Below, in pieces: positions 9,887-18,474 of a stretch of DNA of 64,000 nucleotides. The DNA is taken from assembly GCA_022825265.1 (NCBI GenBank), contig JAJDXE010000006.1, positions 20,923 to 84,922 of the forward strand, given 5' to 3'. This stretch comes from Dehalococcoidia bacterium (lineage in GTDB: Bacteria; Chloroflexota; Dehalococcoidia; Bin125). The notes beneath the pieces were generated by a model. It saw nothing but the letters and a program-made list of their open reading frames with translations, searched no databases and was not told the DNA's origin. How positions within the stretch are numbered: position 1 is the first letter of the stretch; each line of letters starts with the position of its first letter. The translations under genes and the position numbers were made by a program.

Positions 9887-9922
9887 GTGTACGATACTAC
9901 ACATGTGCGAGATAGCAGTCAA
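9883..9922 (-). promoter_or_regulatory. Sigma70-type leaderless promoter with overlapping palindromic operator
   Basis: TTGACT (9922-9917), N17, TAGTAT (9899-9894), N7, ATG; inverted repeat ACATGTGTA-N6-TACACATGT at 9883-9906. Confidence 0.75.
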
Positions 9923-9968
9923 CCGGGGTTGAGCTTGAGTCTCCCCCAGTGGGAACTCTGAGAGCGCG

Positions 9969-9994
9969 ACGGCCCTCCCGAGCGGGAGGGCCGT
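9969..9994. terminator. GC-rich hairpin downstream of the amidohydrolase gene
   Basis: ACGGCCCTCCC-GAGC-GGGAGGGCCGT, 11-bp stem, no U-tract. Confidence 0.5.
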
Positions 9995-10015
9995 TGATAT
10001 GAGGTCGAGGTTTGG

Positions 10016-11725
10016 CTAGCGGGCGCCGCGGATGAGTTGGCCAGGGCGGGCTCCGGTTTCCTCTCCGTGGCGGGAGATCACTTCGCCACTGACGATGGTG
10101 GCGACGTAGCCTCTCGACTTCTGGATCAGGCGCATGGCCTCGGTCGGGAGGTCGTGAACCGCTTGCGGGGGCTCGAGCTCGAGCGCGTCGTAGTCGATCA
10201 CGTTGACGTCGCCCTTCTTGCCGACTTCGAGCGTGCCCCGGTCGCCGAGACCGTAGAGATCTGCCGTGTCGCTGGTCATCCGCTTGACGACCCATTCGAG
10301 CGGCAGCTTCTCGCCGCGGCTGCGGTCGCGCGACCAGTGCGTGAGCATGAAGGTCGGCATCGACGCGTCGCAGATCACGCCGCAGTGCGCGCCGCCGTCG
10401 GAGAGGCCCATCGCGACGCGCGGGTGCATCATCATCTCGCGGGTGGCGTCGAGATTGTTGTGGGCGTAGTTGAACAGCGGCGCGAAGAGGACGTTCTGAC
10501 CGTCGCCCTGGCTGAGGAAGTCGTAGGCGAACTCCAGCGGCGTCTGGCCGGCCGCCTCCGACTGCGCGGCAACCGATTCATCGGCGGTCGGCTCATAGTT
10601 GGGCGGGTCGGTCATCGGGTAGAGCTTGTGCCACATGATGAAGCCGAGCGCGGCGTCGGGAGCTTCGACCTCCGCCAGGATCTTCTCGCGGCGCTGCGGG
10701 TCGCGCATCGCCTCGGCCCGCTCGGCCCAGTCGAGCTCGTCCAGCTCGCGGTAGCTGGCCGAGTGGATGAAGGGGTGGCGTCCGCGCAGGGTGAGCAGCA
10801 AAGAGATGCCGCGCGCGGCGACCTGCGGGTAGAGCTCGGCGCCGTCCTCGAGCGCTTCGAGCGAGCGGTCGAGCGCGTCGCGCCAGGCCTCGGGATCGTT
10901 GTCGAACTGGACCATGGCAAAGCTGACCGGTCGCTCGATCTCGGCCGACAGCTTGCGCATCCAGGCGATTTCGAGTTCGGGCGCGTTGGCGTCGTCGCCT
11001 GTGACGCCGGCCGGGGCGACCTCGTAGATACCCGTGCCGAGATCCTTGAGCGCCTGGCCGATGCCGAACAGTTCGTCCTCGGCCGCGAAGGTGCCTGGGA
11101 CGGGCTCGCCGTCGATCGCTCGGTGGGCAAGCGTGCGCGAGGTGCTGAAGCCCAGCGCGCCGGCCTGCAGGCCTTCTTTCACGATCGCGGCCATCTCCTG
11201 GATGTCCTCGGGGTTGGCGTCCTCGTTGCGCGCGCCTCGGTCGCCCATCACGTAGGCGCGGACCGCGCCGTGCGGGACCTGCGTGCCGATGTCGATCGCC
11301 TTGGGCAGCGTGTCGAGGAAGTCGAGGTACTCGGGGAAGGACTCCCAGTTCCACTGGATGCCCTCGGCCAGGGCCGAGCCAGGGATGTCCTCAACGCCCT
11401 CCATCAGGCCGATCAGCCAATCGCGCCGGTTCGGGGCGGCCGGCGCGAAGCCGACGCCGCAGTTGCCGAACACGACCGTCGTCACGCCGTGCCAGAAGGA
11501 TGGGGTGAGCAGCGGGTCCCAGGTGATCTGGCCGTCGAAATGCGTGTGGATGTCGACGAAGCCCGGCGTGACGAGCATGCCCTGGGCATCGATTTCCTCG
11601 CGGCCAAGGTCGTTGACTTCGCCGATGGCGGCGACGACGCCGTCGTCGATGGCGACATCAGCCTGGCGGGCGGGCGCGCCGGTGCCGTCGACGACGAGTC
11701 CGTTGCGAATGACGAGATCGTGCAT
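10016..11725 (-). CDS. N-acyl-D-amino-acid deacylase-like amidohydrolase
   Basis: MHDLVIRNGLVVDGTG, PGFVDIHTHFD, GNCGVG, LSDGGAH; ATG 11725 behind GAAGGA. Confidence 0.9.
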   Translation of the reverse strand: MHDLVIRNGLVVDGTGAPARQADVAIDDGVVAAIGEVNDLGREEIDAQGMLVTPGFVDIHTHFDGQITWDPLLTPSFWHGVTTVVFGNCGVGFAPAAPNRRDWLIGLMEGVEDIPGSALAEGIQWNWESFPEYLDFLDTLPKAIDIGTQVPHGAVRAYVMGDRGARNEDANPEDIQEMAAIVKEGLQAGALGFSTSRTLAHRAIDGEPVPGTFAAEDELFGIGQALKDLGTGIYEVAPAGVTGDDANAPELEIAWMRKLSAEIERPVSFAMVQFDNDPEAWRDALDRSLEALEDGAELYPQVAARGISLLLTLRGRHPFIHSASYRELDELDWAERAEAMRDPQRREKILAEVEAPDAALGFIMWHKLYPMTDPPNYEPTADESVAAQSEAAGQTPLEFAYDFLSQGDGQNVLFAPLFNYAHNNLDATREMMMHPRVAMGLSDGGAHCGVICDASMPTFMLTHWSRDRSRGEKLPLEWVVKRMTSDTADLYGLGDRGTLEVGKKGDVNVIDYDALELEPPQAVHDLPTEAMRLIQKSRGYVATIVSGEVISRHGEETGARPGQLIRGAR

Positions 11726-11875
11726 GGGGAGTTCCTTCTGCTGGCTGTTCGCGCGTTTGAGCGCATGACGCTGGTCCACACACCTCGGCGGTGTGTCGCA
11801 ATGCGCACAGTATGCCAGATCGAACCGGTCCCACCCCATTCCCTCTCTCCCCCGCTGGACACACCCCCATCCGAT

Positions 11876-11896
11876 GCCCCGTGCTTGACACGGGGC
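11876..11896. repeat. REP-like palindrome remnant
   Basis: GCCCCGTG-CTTGA-CACGGGGC; the GCTTGAC core recalls CGTC-family REP elements. Confidence 0.4.
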
Positions 11897-11977
11897 CCAG
11901 ACCTCGATCACCGAGCGAGAAAGACAGTAACCCTCGCCTCATTTCCTTCCAGGACGACCCTGCGCTTCCTGAAACAT

Positions 11978-12018
11978 TGATACTATTAGAACACAAATAC
12001 TGCATGAACGAGAAGGAG
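11978..12018 (+). promoter_or_regulatory. Extended -10 promoter, LexA-like box and SD of an orphan gene
   Basis: TGaTACTAT (11978-11986), AGAAC-ACAA-ATACT (11988-12001), AGAAGGAG (12011-12018) in an AT-rich patch. Confidence 0.5.
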
Positions 12019-12024
12019 CCAACC

Positions 12025-12324
12025 ATGCCCAACCCATTCCACTACCGAGCCAGAATCGACCGCCTCTGGCGACGCTCGGCCGCACACAACCCGGGCTACA
12101 TCCGCCTCAAGGCGCTCAACACCATCGTCCGCGAGATGTTGGCCCCGACCGAGCGCGCCCAACTCAACTACCGGCTCTACCTCGCCACCGACCCCTACGA
12201 CGTCGCCCGACACAAGCTCCGAGACCTCTACGACCGCGCCGCGCCCACCAAAGTCGCCCCCGCGCAGGCGGGGGCCGCCCTTGCTGAAGAAGAATCCCCC
12301 GAGGAAGACGACGACCCGTTGTAA
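12025..12324 (+). CDS. Orphan 99-aa protein with acidic tail
   Basis: Strong SD and promoter; C-ending codon bias; MPNPFHYRARIDRLW...EEESPEEDDDPL; no family recognised. Confidence 0.65.
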   Translation: MPNPFHYRARIDRLWRRSAAHNPGYIRLKALNTIVREMLAPTERAQLNYRLYLATDPYDVARHKLRDLYDRAAPTKVAPAQAGAALAEEESPEEDDDPL

Positions 12325-12456
12325 CCCGCTCCTCTCTTTTTTTCCGCGCGTTTTCTTTTTTCCTGGGCGCCAAACCGCTCCCGGCCCCGCCCTGCCTGCG
12401 ACCGGCAGCGATCGCCCCGACACCGGCCGAATCGTAAGCAGAGCGAAACCGATCGG

Positions 12457-12798
12457 TCAGCGCCGACGCTCAGGCGCGACGGCGAGGAACGGGAACAGCG
12501 CGACGAAGGTGAGTAGGCTGGCCAGTCCCCAGCGGATCGGATCACGGCCCTTGACTCGGGCCAGCCACGCGGCCAGCGCCGCGTAGCCGACCCAGAGCAC
12601 GCCCCAGGTCCAGCCGACGGTCTGGGCGAAGTCGTCCGGCTCGTCATCCTCGATCCGAACTTCAGCGGCCACGTCGTCATCCTGGTTGTCGTTGACGTAG
12701 CTGATCAGCACGACGATGAACGGGATCCAGATCGCATACAGCAGAATCGCGATCGCAAGCCGATCGCGAGGCCAGAGGCGACGCCGCAGTCCCGACAT
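12457..12798 (-). CDS. Small membrane protein of unknown function
   Basis: Three hydrophobic segments with an acidic loop; 4 nt after the upstream stop. Confidence 0.65.
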   Translation of the reverse strand: MSGLRRRLWPRDRLAIAILLYAIWIPFIVVLISYVNDNQDDDVAAEVRIEDDEPDDFAQTVGWTWGVLWVGYAALAAWLARVKGRDPIRWGLASLLTFVALFPFLAVAPERRR

Positions 12799-12802
12799 CC
12801 GG

Positions 12803-13753
12803 CTAGCGCTGGTGGACGAGGCGCTCGCCGGGGATCGGCGACTTGGCGTGGACGACGTAGTCGCTGCGGATCGAGCCGATGTAGAGATCGGACATGTCGT
12901 CGCCGCCCCAACTGACGTTGGTCGGAGCCTGCATGATCTCGCCCTCGAGGTCCTCGATCATGGTGACGACCTCGAACTGCGGTGTGATTGCGACGACCTT
13001 GTTCGACATCGGCAGCGTCACCCAAAGGTTGCCCTCCTGGTCGAAGCCGCAGCCATCGGTGAGTCCAAGCTCGCCGCGCTGCTCGGCGCTGAGCGGGCGC
13101 ATGGCCGCGAGGTCTGCGACCGTCTTGCCCAGTTGCGGTCCGTAGACCGCGGGTTCGCCCAGCGAGCCGTCTTCGTTGATCGGATAGCGCAGCACGTGAC
13201 AGCCGGTGGTCGAGCAGACGTAAGCGTGCTCCTCACGCGGGTCGAGCGTGATGCCGTTGGCGAACTCGATCTCGGTGGCCAGCATGGTCAGCGAACCGTC
13301 GGTCTCGATGCGGAAGAGGAAGCCGTCCGGGTCGCCGGAGAAGGCGTCGCCGCCCGAGCGCGAGGTCGAGTGCGTGACCCAGATGCGACCCTGGGAGTCG
13401 ACGTGCGGATAGTTGGAGGCGACCAGCGGGATGCCGTCGATCTGGTCGGCGAGGATCTCGATCTCACCCGTGTCGACGTCGAGCCGCTGGACGGGACCGG
13501 AGCCGCCATCGCCTTCAAGTCCACCGACGTTGGCGATGATGATCCGGCCCTGGGCGTCCATGTTGTTGCCGTTGGGCGAGCCGCCGGCGTTGCCGACTCG
13601 GTTGAGCGTCCCGTCGGGCAGTGCCTCCGCCGCCGCGGAGGCCTGGTCGGACATCCAGACGCGGCCGTCCCGGGAGACGACGACATCCTCGGGTCGCTGG
13701 ACTCCGACGCCGACCTTGGTCAGTTGGTCCTTGCGAATTGGGGTGAGGGGCAT
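12803..13753 (-). CDS. SMP-30/gluconolactonase-family beta-propeller
   Basis: RPEDV, PNG, FANGITL, TDGCGFDQEGNLWV, PTNVSWGG. Confidence 0.88.
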   Translation of the reverse strand: MPLTPIRKDQLTKVGVGVQRPEDVVVSRDGRVWMSDQASAAAEALPDGTLNRVGNAGGSPNGNNMDAQGRIIIANVGGLEGDGGSGPVQRLDVDTGEIEILADQIDGIPLVASNYPHVDSQGRIWVTHSTSRSGGDAFSGDPDGFLFRIETDGSLTMLATEIEFANGITLDPREEHAYVCSTTGCHVLRYPINEDGSLGEPAVYGPQLGKTVADLAAMRPLSAEQRGELGLTDGCGFDQEGNLWVTLPMSNKVVAITPQFEVVTMIEDLEGEIMQAPTNVSWGGDDMSDLYIGSIRSDYVVHAKSPIPGERLVHQR

Positions 13754-13765
13754 GGTCTGACCTTC

Positions 13766-15295
13766 CTACGAGATGACGTCGTCCCAGACGCCGACTTCGG
13801 GGCCGCGCCAGTCGTGCTCGACCCTTGGGTTGTCGCCGAGAACCTGGATTGGCTTGGCATCGGCGTCCCAGGCAGGAGCGTCGACGCCGTCGCCGGCGGG
13901 GTTGCCGGTCCTGGCAAAGTTGAGCCAGGTATCCATCGTCAGTTCGGAGAACGCGTCCGCAACCGGTCCGCTGCCGCAGAACTCGGGCGCGGCATCGTGG
14001 GTGCCGAAAACGAAGGGCAGCTCCAGTGCGTGACACGACCCAAGCGCGCCGTTCATGCCCGGCGACTTCCAGTCGAACAGGTAGGCGTAGGTCGGCGCGC
14101 GCGAGGTCTGGGCGTCCGCCAGTCGGAGGCCGGGCACGCGCAGCATGATGTCGCCGATTGCGGCGACGAAGATCTCGTCCGGGGAGTCGTCCTCGCCGCG
14201 TTCGCGGCGGGCTGCTCGATAGGTGCCGTAAGCCGACGCCGGGTCGGGATGCATCATCCCGAACACGGCCGTCGCGGCCTCTTCGCTCATCGGCTCCGCC
14301 GGTCCGGCCGCGGCCAGCAGCTTCATCTCTTCGTCGAGCGAGCCGACCAGCGTCGCAACGTTGTCGGCCGAACCGTCGCGGATGTGGTCAATCGGCAGCT
14401 GGGAGAGAAATGAGCCGTCGATCACCGGCTGGAACGGCATCTGCGGCGTGGCGGATGCGCCGGCGTCGGCCATGTCCTCCGCCGATTCCGCGCTGGCGAT
14501 CGGGTCGACGGCGACCGAGGCTGCGAGGATGTCGGCGGGGTCGGCGGCCATGAGCGCGTCGACGTCGTCGGGATCGACGCCGAGCGCCTTGCAGAACTTG
14601 AACGCCGTGGCGTTGGTCTCCTCGGCGCTGAGGGCGTTGTGTCCGGCGCCGCTCTGTGGGATCGCCTTCTGGAAGAGGCCGGCGGCCTCCGGCGAGGCCA
14701 TCAGCGAGGCGACGCTCATGCCGCCGGCCGACTCGCCGAAGATCGTCACATTGCCCGGATCGCCGCCGAAGTTGGCGATGTTGGCCTGCACCCACTTGAG
14801 CGCCGCGACCTGGTCGCGCATGCCGAAGTTGGTCTCGCCGAGTGAGGGCAGGTTGAGGAAGCCGAGCGCGCCGAGTCGGTAGTTGATCGTCACGATCACA
14901 ACGTCGCCGCGGGAGGCGAGGTTGGAGCCGTTGTAGTAGTCCTCGCTGCCCGACCCAATCGTGAATGCGCCGCCGTGGATCCAGACCATGACCGGACGGG
15001 CGGCGTCATCGAGTCCCGGCGTCCAGACGTTGAGGTAGAGGCAGTCCTCGCTCTGCGGCTGGGGTGGATCGGATACCGGCAGGAGCGCTTCCAGCATCTC
15101 GTTCGGGGCCTGCAGCGAGATCGGTCCGAAGGATGTGGCCTCGCGGACACCGTCCCAGGGCTCGACGGGTTGCGGCGGCTTGAATCGGAACGCGCCGACC
15201 GGCGGAGCGGCGAAGGGGACACCCCGGAAGACGCAGAGTCCGTTCTCTTCGGTTCCTTCGATCTGGCCGGCGGTCGTTTGTGCGATGGCGCTCAT
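13766..15295 (-). CDS. Type-B carboxylesterase/lipase
   Basis: SEDCLYLNVW, WIHGGAF, FGESAGG nucleophile elbow, CHALELPFVF. Confidence 0.92.
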   Translation of the reverse strand: MSAIAQTTAGQIEGTEENGLCVFRGVPFAAPPVGAFRFKPPQPVEPWDGVREATSFGPISLQAPNEMLEALLPVSDPPQPQSEDCLYLNVWTPGLDDAARPVMVWIHGGAFTIGSGSEDYYNGSNLASRGDVVIVTINYRLGALGFLNLPSLGETNFGMRDQVAALKWVQANIANFGGDPGNVTIFGESAGGMSVASLMASPEAAGLFQKAIPQSGAGHNALSAEETNATAFKFCKALGVDPDDVDALMAADPADILAASVAVDPIASAESAEDMADAGASATPQMPFQPVIDGSFLSQLPIDHIRDGSADNVATLVGSLDEEMKLLAAAGPAEPMSEEAATAVFGMMHPDPASAYGTYRAARRERGEDDSPDEIFVAAIGDIMLRVPGLRLADAQTSRAPTYAYLFDWKSPGMNGALGSCHALELPFVFGTHDAAPEFCGSGPVADAFSELTMDTWLNFARTGNPAGDGVDAPAWDADAKPIQVLGDNPRVEHDWRGPEVGVWDDVIS

Positions 15296-15348
15296 GATTG
15301 TGCTCCCGATGCAGACTTCAGACTTGGCTGAGGCTACAGCGTTGGGAC

Positions 15349-16038
15349 TCAGTCGTAGATGAAATCGTTAGCGCCCGGACAGCGATCAAGCAGCACGCAT
15401 TCGCCGCACTTCGGTCGTTGCTTGTGGCAGACCCGGCGACCGTGGCGGATGAGGGTGACGTGGAAGTCGTAGTACTTGTCGGGCGGGAGCTGGGCCTCGA
15501 GCATGTCGTGGGCGGGGGCGGCGGCGACTTTCGGACCGATCAGACCGAGGCGGATGGCGACTCGGTGGACGTGGGTGTCAACCGGCAGCGCCGGCCGCCC
15601 CAGCGAGAACAAGAGCACGCAGGCGGCGGTTTTGGGTCCAACGCCCGGCAGCTCGGTGAGCCACTGCTTGGCCTCCGCTATTGGCATGTCCTCGAGCCGC
15701 GATGCGTCCCAGTCGGGACCGAGCCGCTCGCGGAGCTGAGAGAGGAGCGCCTGCATCCGGGGAGCCTTGGTCCTGGCCAGTCCGCCCGGCCTGATCGTCT
15801 CTTCCAGCTCATCGACAGGAGCCTCAAGGACGGCGTCCCAGCCGGGATAGCGTTTGAGCAGATGCTGGAAGGCTCGTCCGGAGTTGGTGTCGGAGGTGTT
15901 CTGCGAGAGCAGAGTGAGCACGAGTTCGGTGACGGGATCGTTGGTGGCGCGCCAGGGCGTCAGCGGGGCCTCGCGGATCAATCGGTTGATGATCGCAGTC
16001 GGTCGGAGCGGCTTGGGGGTCTGGCGTCGGCGAGGCAT
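15349..16038 (-). CDS. nth: Endonuclease III-family DNA glycosylase
   Basis: LLSQNT, LPGVGPKTA HhH, PVDTHVHR, C-x6-C-x2-C-x5-C cluster motif. Confidence 0.88.
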   Translation of the reverse strand: MPRRRQTPKPLRPTAIINRLIREAPLTPWRATNDPVTELVLTLLSQNTSDTNSGRAFQHLLKRYPGWDAVLEAPVDELEETIRPGGLARTKAPRMQALLSQLRERLGPDWDASRLEDMPIAEAKQWLTELPGVGPKTAACVLLFSLGRPALPVDTHVHRVAIRLGLIGPKVAAAPAHDMLEAQLPPDKYYDFHVTLIRHGRRVCHKQRPKCGECVLLDRCPGANDFIYD

Positions 16039-16044
16039 GTCGGA

Positions 16045-16359
16045 CTATGGCGGACTCGCAAGTCTCGGGCATCGATGGCTTCGCGCCTGACGTTCGACCT
16101 CGATGTAACGACTTGACCAGGCGCCTGTGTCGTCGCAAAGGTCACAATCCCAGCAGTACTGGGTTTCGCCGTCCACGCTCAAGCGTTCTCTGAGGGACAT
16201 CTGCTGAGCAATCCCCCTCATAGGCGCCTTCCACCCCGTCGAACGCCTGAGCGCTTCAGCGTGCAATCGACTCCGCGCCGCGTTGCTGGCAGAACTGCGA
16301 TTTATGAGCACAATAAGCAGAACGATAACGAGGACGAGGAGAATGATGAGAATCTCCAT
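16045..16359 (-). CDS. Hypothetical membrane-anchored protein with CxxC...HxC
   Basis: N-terminal hydrophobic helix; CDLC and HRC near C-terminus; lower GC than flanks. Confidence 0.5.
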   Translation of the reverse strand: MEILIILLVLVIVLLIVLINRSSASNAARSRLHAEALRRSTGWKAPMRGIAQQMSLRERLSVDGETQYCWDCDLCDDTGAWSSRYIEVERQARSHRCPRLASPP

Positions 16360-16437
16360 GGAGAGTATCCCTACGTTGCTATTGGCGCATGTCGATGCGG
16401 CGAGCTGCTGCAGGCTCTCCAGAGGTGTGTACCCGCG

Positions 16438-17187
16438 TTAGCCGCGCGATTCTCTCTCCTGCAGCCGGCGTATCTCGGCTTCCAATTCGAGGACTCGGCG
16501 CTCGGCAGCTTGACGCGCTTGGGACTCGGCGCTGCTGGCTGCGCGTTCGGCTTTGAGTTGATCCTGGACGCTGTCGAAGGTGGGAATGTGCTCGCCTGTC
16601 GACGGGTCATACCAGCCGAGCAGCTTCACATCGCGCTCCCAGCGCAGCCAGAGACCCAGTGCCTCGCTCTCGCCCTGCAACACCCCTGGCGCAATCTCGA
16701 CGATCTCAATCGGCTCGTAGCGCCCATCAACCAGTTGATCCCCGGCCAGTCCGACGCCGTAAAACTCGCCGGTGAAGTCGTAGCGCCAGTACTCGCGGAT
16801 GCCCAGAGCTGCGTACTCTTCGCGTTTCGGACCCAGGTCGACAGCGGCCGTGCTCTTCGATGCGACCTCCAGAACGAAGTCCGGCGCCTTCCCCTGATCC
16901 GAAATCACGTACCCGTTCTGCTCGTAGTAGAGATCCGGATCCACGTCGAACGCGATCAGCAGGTCGGGCACCCGCAGCGGCCGTGAGCGTCTGGCTGCGA
17001 CGAGAAAGAGTTCCGCGCCGACAATCGTCGTCTCCGGTTTGGCGAAATGCCGCGCCAGGAAATGCGGATTCCCGGTCAGATGGACGTAGTGATAAGAAGT
17101 CACTTCGTCCGGATGCCGTTCTGGCGGCTCCGGCAATCGAAAGCTGATGAGGGTCTGGGCAGTCGGGTTGGCATCGGTGGCGGTCAT
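16438..17187 (-). CDS. Uma2-family PD-(D/E)xK endonuclease-like protein
   Basis: VPDLLIAF, PDFVLEVASKST, LGIREYWRYD, coiled-coil tail; GGAG SD. Confidence 0.88.
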   Translation of the reverse strand: MTATDANPTAQTLISFRLPEPPERHPDEVTSYHYVHLTGNPHFLARHFAKPETTIVGAELFLVAARRSRPLRVPDLLIAFDVDPDLYYEQNGYVISDQGKAPDFVLEVASKSTAAVDLGPKREEYAALGIREYWRYDFTGEFYGVGLAGDQLVDGRYEPIEIVEIAPGVLQGESEALGLWLRWERDVKLLGWYDPSTGEHIPTFDSVQDQLKAERAASSAESQARQAAERRVLELEAEIRRLQERESRG

Positions 17188-17217
17188 GTCGCTCCGCTCG
17201 ACAGGGTCATTCTACGG

Positions 17218-18375
17218 TCATTGCAGGAGGTCTTGGGCAAACTGGCTGCCGGGAAGTCGGGCGAGTTCCCTTGCATAAGTGGACTCGCCGCGCATGACTC
17301 GGAAGAAGGCTCTCCAGAGGTAGTTGACGTGTTTGGACATCTTGAGGGCGAGCCAGGGCCACGTGGTGAGGCACCAGTAGTAGAGGCGAGAGATGGTTCT
17401 GGCCGCGTTGAGCTCGGGTTGGATTTCTCGGTTGATTGATCTTGTGTAGCTGGACGCGGGGTCGGCTGCGTGGAGTATTGCGTCGGCCGCGAGGTTGGCG
17501 GAGTGGACGGCGTAAGCGATGCCCTCGGCAGTGAATTCGTCGGCGAGACCGGCCGCGTCTCCGAGGAGCAGGGCGCGACCTCGGGCGACGGGTTCATTGG
17601 TTGAGCGTCGGTAGCGGATCGGGTGTCCCTGGACCTTGATCGCCTCCGCATCCCCGAGACCGAGACGCGAGAGATAGCGGTCGGTTTGCTTGCGGATCGA
17701 GCGTCCTTGCTTTGGCGCGGTGACGACTCCGACCGAGAGCTTGCCGTCCTTGGGGAAGACCCAGCCGTAGCCCCAGGGTCGATAGCCAACATCGACGTTG
17801 GCAGCCTGATGCCAGTGGTCCAAGGCGGTCGTCGGAGCGGCGACCTCGACCTCATATGCAGCGCTCCGGGTTGGCGCGGAGTCGATGCCGAGCCAACGGG
17901 CGGTCGGTCCAGTGGCGCCGTCGGCGGCGAGGATGTGGCGGGCGGCCACCGCGCCGGTCGGAGTATCGATTTCGTAACTGCCGCCGTTCTCGACGATCGA
18001 CTGAACCGGTGTGGAGTCGCGGACGGTGACGCCTGAATCGGCGGCCAGGTCGGTGAGGTACTGGTCGAAGCGGTCTCGCATGACCATCCATGCGAGCGGG
18101 CGGTTCGATCTCTTGCGGAACTGGTGCTGGCCAAAACGGGAGACGTCGATCGTGTCGACGTGGCCTTCGCTGACGGGGGAGATGTCGAGGCCGTCGAGCA
18201 GTTGGAGGGTTCGCGCGGGAACGCCGCCTCCGCAGGCCTTGTAGCGGGGCAGCGACTGCTTCTCCAGGAGCAGGGTGGAGGCTCCGGCGTTGCTCAGTCG
18301 CCGGGCGGCAGTTGCGCCGGCGGGACCGGCCCCGATCACGACGGCGTCCCAGGTCTTCTGACCATGGCTGGGCAT
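17218..18375 (-). CDS. Geranylgeranyl reductase-family FAD oxidoreductase
   Basis: VIGAGPAG, PRYKACGGG, AADGATG, YGWVFPK, LLGDAAG. Confidence 0.88.
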   Translation of the reverse strand: MPSHGQKTWDAVVIGAGPAGATAARRLSNAGASTLLLEKQSLPRYKACGGGVPARTLQLLDGLDISPVSEGHVDTIDVSRFGQHQFRKRSNRPLAWMVMRDRFDQYLTDLAADSGVTVRDSTPVQSIVENGGSYEIDTPTGAVAARHILAADGATGPTARWLGIDSAPTRSAAYEVEVAAPTTALDHWHQAANVDVGYRPWGYGWVFPKDGKLSVGVVTAPKQGRSIRKQTDRYLSRLGLGDAEAIKVQGHPIRYRRSTNEPVARGRALLLGDAAGLADEFTAEGIAYAVHSANLAADAILHAADPASSYTRSINREIQPELNAARTISRLYYWCLTTWPWLALKMSKHVNYLWRAFFRVMRGESTYARELARLPGSQFAQDLLQ

Positions 18376-18474
18376 GATGGATCAGCCTACCGGGCGTTGC
18401 TCCAGCCATTGTCTATACTTTGTGCGCCTGCGAGTAGGTCGCGGGTTGGTGCGCAGAAGCCTCAGGAGCCAAGC

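Noticed and set aside
16438-17187. Restriction-modification or defence island around Uma2
   Set aside because: No methyltransferase, integrase or other defence genes adjacent.
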